Assembly (NCBI GenBank): GCA_017517685.1 | Contig: JAFWYK010000010.1 | Location: 237-64,236 of the forward strand | Source: Clostridia bacterium | Lineage (GTDB): Bacteria > Bacillota > Clostridia > TANB77 > CAG-508 | Reading direction: 5' to 3' | Length of the DNA stretch: 64,000 bases | Part shown: positions 57,677-64,000 of the stretch, piece after piece | Numbering within the stretch: the first letter of the stretch is position 1 | Layout of the letters: each line of letters begins with the position of its first letter | Program-made: the position numbers and the translations under genes | Notes under the pieces: model-generated | The model's input: only the letters and a program-made list of their open reading frames with translations | What the model was told of the DNA's origin: nothing | The model's database searches: none

Positions 57677-58054
57677 TTATAATGGTCTTAATGTTTGAAA
57701 AAATGGATTTGATAGTAAATCACTATCAGAAATTGGTGTATTATTTAAATCAACAGCTGGTGAAGTTGTTGATGTTTCTTTTTCTTCACTTGCAACAGTA
57801 GATTGTGCAGGAGAAGTTTCTAAGCCTAATATACCACGCATTTTTTCAATTGTAAGTAGATTTACCTTATGAAGAACCAATACGTTTTTTGGTGGTATAT
57901 AATTAAAGTTACCAACTTGAACAATTGAATTAGATGTCTTATAGATATCATTCATTTTTGAAGTTATTAATGAAGTATTATAAAATGCTTTCAAAGTGTC
58001 TAAATCTTGCTTAAGAAGTACAATTGATCCTGGGCAAGGGAAAACTACTTTCAT
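57677..58054 (-). CDS. hypothetical protein
   Basis: SD AAGGATGG. 125 aa with no motif. Confidence 0.45.
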   Translation of the reverse strand: MKVVFPCPGSIVLLKQDLDTLKAFYNTSLITSKMNDIYKTSNSIVQVGNFNYIPPKNVLVLHKVNLLTIEKMRGILGLETSPAQSTVASEEKETSTTSPAVDLNNTPISDSDLLSNPFFQTLRPL

Positions 58055-58221
58055 TTATTTCACCATCCTTAGTAATATACAATATAGATAATATTATCAA
58101 TAATAGAAAAATATTTCAATAATATTATGTACAAAAAAATAAATTTTTTTCTTAATTATAGAAGAAATATTATTATTGTGTTATAATTACCGAGTATTAA
58201 GATAAGTAAGGAGATTTTAAC

Positions 58222-58719
58222 ATGAAATTAAACATTGTTTTAGTAGAACCTGAAATACCACAAAATACAGGGAATATTGCAAGAACATGTGCTGCGCTTG
58301 GAGCAAAACTTCATTTAGTGTATCCACTTGGATTTTCAGTATCTGAAAGAGAAGTTAAAAGAGCAGGATTAGATTATTGGGATAAATTAGATATAGAGGA
58401 ACATACAAGTTTTACTAAGTTTTTAGAAAAATATAAACCAGAAGAGAATAATATGTTTTTTGTAACTACAAAAGGAAAAACTGTATATTCAGATGTTGAT
58501 TATTCAGAAATGGACGAAGTTTTTTGTTTATTTGGGAAAGAAACTAAGGGACTACCAGAAGATATTCTTAAAAAGTATTTAGATAAAACAATTAGAATTC
58601 CAATGAGAGAAACATTACGTTCTTTAAATCTTTCAAATTCAGTTGCTATAGTAGCATATGATATATTTAGACAAGCAAAATTTGATAATTTAGAAGAAAT
58701 TAGTTCATATTTTGGATAA
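58222..58719 (+). CDS. trmL: tRNA (cytidine/uridine-2'-O-)-methyltransferase TrmL
   Basis: IVLVEPEIPQNTGNIARTCAA N-terminus, SLNLSN motif, and about 165 aa. Confidence 0.85.
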   Translation: MKLNIVLVEPEIPQNTGNIARTCAALGAKLHLVYPLGFSVSEREVKRAGLDYWDKLDIEEHTSFTKFLEKYKPEENNMFFVTTKGKTVYSDVDYSEMDEVFCLFGKETKGLPEDILKKYLDKTIRIPMRETLRSLNLSNSVAIVAYDIFRQAKFDNLEEISSYFG

Positions 58720-58788
58720 AAGCTATTTATTTTTTTTAGGTTTTATTATAAAATACAAATAAGTTTTTATAAAAAGAGAGGTATTCAT

Positions 58789-59046
58789 ATGAAAAAAATA
58801 GTTTTAACAATGGTTTTAGTAACATTATTAACAGTTGCAATGTTTGCATTAACAGGATGCACATTACAAATTGAAACAACAGATAATTCAGTATCAGCAT
58901 CAGTAGATGGAGAAACAACAGAAAGAGTTGATAGTGTTATAGATTGGATTAAAGCAAGAATTGATAGAGTATTTAATTCTTCAGATGAAGGAGCAACATC
59001 AGCACCAGAAACAACACCTACAGTTTCTGAAGGACAACCAGCTTAA
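58789..59046 (+). CDS. small lipoprotein, unknown
   Basis: Signal peptide with lipobox ALTGC. Confidence 0.55.
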   Translation: MKKIVLTMVLVTLLTVAMFALTGCTLQIETTDNSVSASVDGETTERVDSVIDWIKARIDRVFNSSDEGATSAPETTPTVSEGQPA

Positions 59047-59063
59047 TTTTAAGGAGATAATTA

Positions 59064-59882
59064 ATGAAAAAGACAATAAAAGTACTTGTTTTATTAGTAT
59101 TAATGCTTGTTATATTGACAGGATGTTCATCAAATGTGGATAATACAGTCTCTACAACAGCAAGCAATTCTAATAGTACAAATAATACCGTGTCAGAAAA
59201 GACAGAGACAAAAACAATAGATCAAGTGGATTTTGAAGCAGCAGCAAAGAAACAAATGGCTGCACCAGAAGTGGGAGAAGAGATTGCTATATTTCATATT
59301 AAAGGATATGGGGATGTAAAAGTAAAATTCTTTAAAGATGTAGCGCCTAAAGCTGTGGAAAACTTCTTAACTCACGCAAAAAATGGATATTATAATGGAG
59401 TGACTTTCCATAGAGTTATAAATGAATTTATGATTCAAGGTGGAGACCCAACAGGAACAGGTACTGGTGGCGAAAGTATTTGGGGAGCAGGGTTTCCAGA
59501 AGAACTTGCATATGAATTAGTACCATATAGAGGTTCTTTGTGTATGGCAAGTGCTGGAGTTGGTACATCTAGTTTGGGTAGTCAATTCTTTATTACACAA
59601 GCTCATTATAAAGATGATGAAGGAGCATATTTTTCAAAAGTAGGACTTCCAGAAAGTTTAAGAAAACAATATGAAGTTTACGGTGGAAATATTTTAAGTT
59701 TATATTGTTCATATACAGTGTTTGGACAAGTATATGAAGGTATGGATATTGTAGATAAAATTGCTGCAGTAGAAACAGGTTCTGTACCAATGGTAATTAA
59801 TGGTGTTACTTATGGCACTCAAGCAGATAAACCAGTTAAAGATGTAGTAATTGAAAGTATAGAAGTTACAGTTCAAAAATAA
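59064..59882 (+). CDS. cyclophilin-type peptidyl-prolyl isomerase lipoprotein
   Basis: Lipobox ILTGC. FHRVINEFMIQGGDPTGTGTGGESIWG. Confidence 0.88.
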   Translation: MKKTIKVLVLLVLMLVILTGCSSNVDNTVSTTASNSNSTNNTVSEKTETKTIDQVDFEAAAKKQMAAPEVGEEIAIFHIKGYGDVKVKFFKDVAPKAVENFLTHAKNGYYNGVTFHRVINEFMIQGGDPTGTGTGGESIWGAGFPEELAYELVPYRGSLCMASAGVGTSSLGSQFFITQAHYKDDEGAYFSKVGLPESLRKQYEVYGGNILSLYCSYTVFGQVYEGMDIVDKIAAVETGSVPMVINGVTYGTQADKPVKDVVIESIEVTVQK

Positions 59883-59890
59883 TAATTTGT

Positions 59891-59920
59891 TTGGGCATAC
59901 CTTGTGTTATGCCCAATTTT
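59891..59920 (+). terminator. probable terminator
   Basis: TGGGCATA-ccttgtgt-TATGCCCA followed by a weak T-tract. Confidence 0.5.
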
Positions 59921-59941
59921 AAAGTTTAAGGGGTAGGTAAA

Positions 59942-61195
59942 ATGTATAGTGAATTTGGTATTAGTGAAAATATAGTACAAATCGCAAATGAAGTAGAAAA
60001 AGAATTAGAACCAATATTTAATGAATATGAGAAGAATTGCTTAAAAATGAGTGCAAAAGTTTTAAAAGCATTCCAAAAAAATAAAGTATCAACAGTTGAT
60101 TTTAATGAAGTAACTGGATATGGATATTATGATGGTGGTAGAGAAAAACTAGAAAGAATATATGCAGATATATTTGGCGCAGAAGATGCTTTAGTTAGAC
60201 CACAAATTATGTCTGGAACACACGCTCTTGCATTAGCATTTTTTGGGCTTTTAAAATATGGAGATACTATGATAAGTATTTCAGGTGAACCTTATGATAC
60301 ACTTCAAAGTGTTATCGGTTTAACAGGTGATAGTGAAAACTCATTAATAAAACATGGAATTAAATATGAACAAATTGAACTTGTAGATAATGATTTTGAT
60401 TATGAGAAAATTGCAGAAAGAGTAAGACAAGGTAATGTTAAATTAATTGAGCTTCAACGTTCAAGAGGATATTCTCAAAGAAAAAGTTTAACTATGGATA
60501 AAATCGAAAAAGTTATTAAAGTAATCAAAGATAATAATCCAGAAATTATAGTAATGGTTGATAATTGCTATGGAGAATTTGTAGAAGATAAAGAACCAAC
60601 AGAAGTTGGAGCTGATATTTTTGTAAGTTCATTAATGAAAAATTTAGGAGCTGGTATTGCAACAAGTGGTGGGTATATTGTAGGTAAACAAAAATATATT
60701 CACTCAATAGCAGAAAGATTAACTGCACCTTGTATTGGTAAAGATTTAGGAGCAAACTTTAATCAATTATTATCATATTACAAAGGTATTTTTATGGCTC
60801 CATCTGTTGTTAAATCAGTTTTGAAATCAATGACATTTGCTAGTAGAATGCTTGAAAAATTTGGTTTTGATGGAATAAGTCCAAGATACAACGAAAAAAG
60901 AACTGATATTATTCAAACTATAGAATTAAAATCTGATGAAAAATTAGTTAAATTCTGTCAAGGTGTGCAAAAAGGATCTCCAATTGAATCTTATGTTACA
61001 CCAATTCCTGATGATATGCCAGGATATGAACATAAAGAAATTATGGCAGGAGGAAGTTTTACTCCTGGTGCAACAATTGAGTTGAGCTGCGATGGACCAA
61101 TGTGTGAACCATATACTGCATATATGCAAGGAGGACTTACATATGAATATGGTAAAATTGGTATTATGATGGCAATAGATAATATGCTAAAATAG
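59942..61195 (+). CDS. PLP-dependent aluminium-resistance/YnbB (Cys/Met-metabolism lyase) family protein
   Basis: 417 aa. The overall pattern (GYGY.D.GR..LE..YA..FGAE.ALVR, SLMKN) matches the family from memory. Confidence 0.65.
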   Translation: MYSEFGISENIVQIANEVEKELEPIFNEYEKNCLKMSAKVLKAFQKNKVSTVDFNEVTGYGYYDGGREKLERIYADIFGAEDALVRPQIMSGTHALALAFFGLLKYGDTMISISGEPYDTLQSVIGLTGDSENSLIKHGIKYEQIELVDNDFDYEKIAERVRQGNVKLIELQRSRGYSQRKSLTMDKIEKVIKVIKDNNPEIIVMVDNCYGEFVEDKEPTEVGADIFVSSLMKNLGAGIATSGGYIVGKQKYIHSIAERLTAPCIGKDLGANFNQLLSYYKGIFMAPSVVKSVLKSMTFASRMLEKFGFDGISPRYNEKRTDIIQTIELKSDEKLVKFCQGVQKGSPIESYVTPIPDDMPGYEHKEIMAGGSFTPGATIELSCDGPMCEPYTAYMQGGLTYEYGKIGIMMAIDNMLK

Positions 61196-61206
61196 AAAAG
61201 ATGAAT

Positions 61207-61238
61207 AGCTGGGGAAATAAGAACTCCAGCTATTTTTT
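61207..61238 (+). terminator. intrinsic terminator
   Basis: AGCTGGGG-aaataagaa-CTCCAGCT followed by a T-run. Confidence 0.7.
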
Positions 61239-61504
61239 ATTGTTTTCAAAAAGTAATAAAAATTTCACAAAATAGTTACATTTTTTGGGCAAATTCGGTT
61301 TGACAAATGCAATTATTATGATTAAAATTATAATGAGTAATATTGCAAAAACTTGGCTCAAAAAAATCTACTAAAAAAGTCAAAAAAACTATGAAAAAAT
61401 TCATAAAAATAGCATTTTTAGGTTGATATTTTTGGGAATATATTGTATTATATTATGTGTATAATATATTAGGGAAATAGCCCAAAGGAGGTTTTTTATA
61501 AATT

Positions 61505-61921
61505 ATGAAAAAGAAAACAACATTAATCGTAGTAGCAGCTATAGCATTATTAGTATTACTTTCAATATTTTCAAATGCCTATGCAGTTACAGGAGAAGAA
61601 GTTTTAAATTCAACTCAAGCAACAGAGCTAGTTGAAATTAAAGAATCAGCAAAAAATACATTAGCTGAATATATCGATAAATATGGTTCAACACCATTTG
61701 GAGTTGCAGCTTATATTTTAAACATGGTTAGAATTTATAGTATTCCATTCTGCTTTGTTGGTATAGCTGTTGGATCAATTTATCAATACGTATTAGGTAT
61801 TAGAAAATTGGATGTTAGAGACAGAGGATTCATGCTTATTATAACATTCGTAACAATTTTATTAATATGCCAAGTACTACCATTAATTTTTGCTATAGTA
61901 GTAAACGGTTGGAGGGGTTAA
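61505..61921 (+). CDS. membrane protein with signal peptide, unknown
   Basis: SD AAGGAGG, a signal/anchor, and three further TM segments. Its stop lies 4 nt before the next ATG. Confidence 0.55.
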   Translation: MKKKTTLIVVAAIALLVLLSIFSNAYAVTGEEVLNSTQATELVEIKESAKNTLAEYIDKYGSTPFGVAAYILNMVRIYSIPFCFVGIAVGSIYQYVLGIRKLDVRDRGFMLIITFVTILLICQVLPLIFAIVVNGWRG

Positions 61922-61925
61922 ACAA

Positions 61926-64000
61926 ATGAAAGTTTTATTTGCGGTTAGTAGTGAAAGCATTTCAGATGCTATTATTAAAAAGTATCAAAAAGATTATAAG
62001 GAGATTCTATCTTATAAGAATGTTTATTACTTCAACGCAATATTAAAAGAGATACAAAAAGATAAAACTTACGATAGAATCGTAATTAGTGAAGATTTAG
62101 AGCCATTCGCAAACAATAATTATGACGCAATAGATAAATTTATCTTTGAGAAACTTGATAATATTAGCGACGAAGCACAAGATATTGATGGAAATGAAAC
62201 ATCAATTATTATGATTTGTACTGATAGACATACACCAGGAAGTTCTTTCCTAGTAAAACTATTTGGTATTGGTATTTACAATGCTCTTTTAGGAAGCGAT
62301 AGAAAAATTGAAAGTATTTGTAAATTAATCAATAAACCAAGAGTAAAAAAAGAAGCTAAAATGTACTATAAAATTGATGCTGATGATGTTAATTACAGCA
62401 ACAAAAATGAGAAAGAAGTTAGTGAATTAGAAATTCAAAATATCTTAACTCACTTTAAAAAATTAGGTAGAAATACTGATAAGTATGCTGAAAGTTTTAA
62501 TAACATTGCTGCTCAATATACAGATGATCAATTAAAAATAATTGTTAACTGCTTACCAATGACAGTAAAAGCTGTTCTTGAAGAAGAATGTCAAAAATAT
62601 CAAGAGTTGATGGCAGCTGACGGAATGATTGAAAAAGTAAATAGAGAAGCTGTTAAAACAACAAAAGAAGCTCAAAAACAAACTGGAATAAAAATTGATA
62701 TAATTGAAAATAAATTAAATCAAACAAAAATGACTGGACCAATAGTTATTCCTTCATCAGTTAGAACATCTAAAAATAAAGGACCAGCACCAGTAAGACC
62801 AATGGGAAATAATTTAGAAATTCCTGAGTCAAATACTGAAACAACAAAGGTTAAAAAAGTTATAAGTAAAAAAGAAGAACTAACGGATATTCCATCTGTT
62901 GTTCCACCAAGACCAACTCAACCTGTTGTAGAAGAATCAGTTATAGAAGAAAAAGTACAAGAACCAGTTGTAGAACCAGTTGCTCCAGCGCCTGAAGTAG
63001 CACCTGCTGCACCAGCTCCAGAAACTGCTCCAGTTGAGCAATTTAAAATAAAAAAAGTATTAAAAACAATGCCTGATGGATCAAAGAAAGTAGTTAAGGT
63101 AAAAGTAAGAGTTCAACCAGATGAAGTTCAAACTGCAAAACCAGTTGAAACAGTTAAAGTTGAAGAGCCAACAGTTGAGGCTGTTGAAGAAAAAAAGTTA
63201 CCATTTGATCCAACGGTAAAAGAAAAAGGTAAAAGAGGAAGACCAAGAAAAAATCCTGAAGAAGAAGATACATTTTTACCACAAGTTCCAGATGATGATG
63301 ACGATTTCATTTTACCAAGTATAGAAGATGGAGATGACACATTACCAGGACTTGATATGTTCGAAGAAGAATTGCCAGGATTAGGTGAATTTGATGCTAA
63401 TGCTGTTCCAGGTGGACCAAAACAACCAGCTGTTGAAGAAGATGCACTTCCAGGATTAGATGATTTTGAAGAAACATCAGTAGAGACACCAGAAGAAACA
63501 GTTGAAGATTCATTACCAGGTCTTGACGATTTTGAAGAAAATGCTCTTCCAGGATTAGATGACTTTGAAGAAGAAACAGTTGAAGAAACAGTTGAAGAAA
63601 CTGTAGAAGAAACTGTAGAAGAAGTTCCTGCAGTTGAAGATGATTTCGAAGAAGATGCATTACCAGGTCTTGATGATTTTGAAGAAGATACTCTTCCAGA
63701 ATTAGATGGATTTGATGATGATGGTTTACCAGGACTTGCTGATGATTTTGATGATGTTGATGAATTACCAGCACTTGATGATTTTGAAGAAGAAACAGTT
63801 GAAACACCAGTTGTTGAAGATACTGTTGAAGAAATACCAGAAGTTACTGAAGAAGTTGTTGAAACAGTTGAAGAAACAACAGATGTAGCTGAAGAAGTAT
63901 TTGATGAAATAGAAGAAATAATGCCAGACGTTGTAGAAGGATTTGAAGACGTTGCTAATGAAACAACAGAAACAGTAGAAGAAGTTGTTGAAGAAGCAGA
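61926..64000 (+). CDS. large protein (3' end outside window): receiver-like N-domain, Pro-rich linker, AT-hook, acidic LPGLDDFEE repeats
   Basis: Not in the ORF track because there is no stop in the window. I translated it by hand from ATG 61926 (SD GGAGGGG) to 64000 and found no stop. Confidence 0.75.
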   Translation, partial: MKVLFAVSSESISDAIIKKYQKDYKEILSYKNVYYFNAILKEIQKDKTYDRIVISEDLEPFANNNYDAIDKFIFEKLDNISDEAQDIDGNETSIIMICTDRHTPGSSFLVKLFGIGIYNALLGSDRKIESICKLINKPRVKKEAKMYYKIDADDVNYSNKNEKEVSELEIQNILTHFKKLGRNTDKYAESFNNIAAQYTDDQLKIIVNCLPMTVKAVLEEECQKYQELMAADGMIEKVNREAVKTTKEAQKQTGIKIDIIENKLNQTKMTGPIVIPSSVRTSKNKGPAPVRPMGNNLEIPESNTETTKVKKVISKKEELTDIPSVVPPRPTQPVVEESVIEEKVQEPVVEPVAPAPEVAPAAPAPETAPVEQFKIKKVLKTMPDGSKKVVKVKVRVQPDEVQTAKPVETVKVEEPTVEAVEEKKLPFDPTVKEKGKRGRPRKNPEEEDTFLPQVPDDDDDFILPSIEDGDDTLPGLDMFEEELPGLGEFDANAVPGGPKQPAVEEDALPGLDDFEETSVETPEETVEDSLPGLDDFEENALPGLDDFEEETVEETVEETVEETVEEVPAVEDDFEEDALPGLDDFEEDTLPELDGFDDDGLPGLADDFDDVDELPALDDFEEETVETPVVEDTVEEIPEVTEEVVETVEETTDVAEEVFDEIEEIMPDVVEGFEDVANETTETVEEVVEEA
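63342..63794 (+). repeat. nine degenerate copies of an LPGLDDFEE-type peptide repeat
   Basis: LPGLDMFEEE, LPGLGEFD, LPGLDDFEE x4, LPELDGFDDD, LPGLADDFDD, LPALDDFEEE. Confidence 0.85.
63573..63620 (+). repeat. 12-bp tandem repeat x4 (ETVE)
   Basis: GAAACAGTTGAA x2, then GAAACTGTAGAA x2. Confidence 0.9.

Noticed and set aside
63128-63888. ORFs 63128-63340(-), 63397-63807(-) and 63706-63888(+) in the track.
   Set aside because: All lie inside the long stop-free frame starting at 61926. They are low-complexity shadows (L/Q/H-rich) of the GAA/GAT-rich repeat region.
1-64000. Recurrent TGTGATATAAT / TGATATAAT strings (for example near 1409, 30826, 45358, 45456, 47579 and 53434) as a possible dispersed repeat or CRISPR-like element.
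   Set aside because: They are extended -10 promoter boxes at appropriate distances from starts. Spacing is irregular and there is no conserved flanking repeat. No CRISPR array, tRNA, rRNA, IS element or integrase was seen anywhere in the window.

Overview
This is a low-GC chromosomal segment from a spore-forming, Clostridia-like Firmicute. My hand counts give about 28 G+C per 100 nt in ordinary coding DNA and about 20% in spacers. Content is mostly core genes on both strands. In order: a partial DnaB-like helicase; a sporulation cluster (sigG, ylmC/ymxH, M23 peptidase, M50 site-2 protease); rpsF-ssb-rpsR; dut; a carD-family gene; dnaG-rpoD; rplU-rpmA; aspS; an SH3b-NlpC/P60 hydrolase; clpE; an htrA-like protease; rnhB; two tandem pyrimidine-nucleoside-phosphorylase paralogs; an M18 aminopeptidase; a trimeric HydABC-type [FeFe] hydrogenase operon; a ylbJ-like gene; mfd; a TrmH-family methyltransferase; pepF; an OmpR/histidine-kinase pair; pflA-pflB; maf; trmL; and a cyclophilin lipoprotein. 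I saw no rRNA, tRNA, CRISPR array, transposase, integrase or phage structural genes. The strongest anomaly is four short islands of much higher G+C (41-51 per 100 nt by hand count) and foreign codon usage, at about 3.1, 40.7, 44.8-45.3 and 53.2-53.4 kb. Each is a complete single-gene cassette: an AT-rich sigma-A-type promoter, a Shine-Dalgarno (SD) site, an ORF and a GC-rich intrinsic terminator, wedged between intact core transcription units with no mobility gene. Two encode small membrane proteins with charged tails and two encode soluble proteins I cannot place. Other notable items: an insulated three-gene orphan operon around a 1139-aa HExxH protein (35.2-39.4 kb); an orphan protein with a minimal kinase-like C-terminal domain; a protein of more than 690 aa that runs off the window end and carries an AT-hook plus nine LPGLDDFEE-type repeats; HydA with TSCSP where TSCCP is expected; both pdp paralogs lacking the canonical His/Lys; L27 without the Firmicute propeptide and no prp gene; and a duplicated promoter/hairpin element upstream of sigG. 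All family assignments come from motif recognition by eye. No database search was run.
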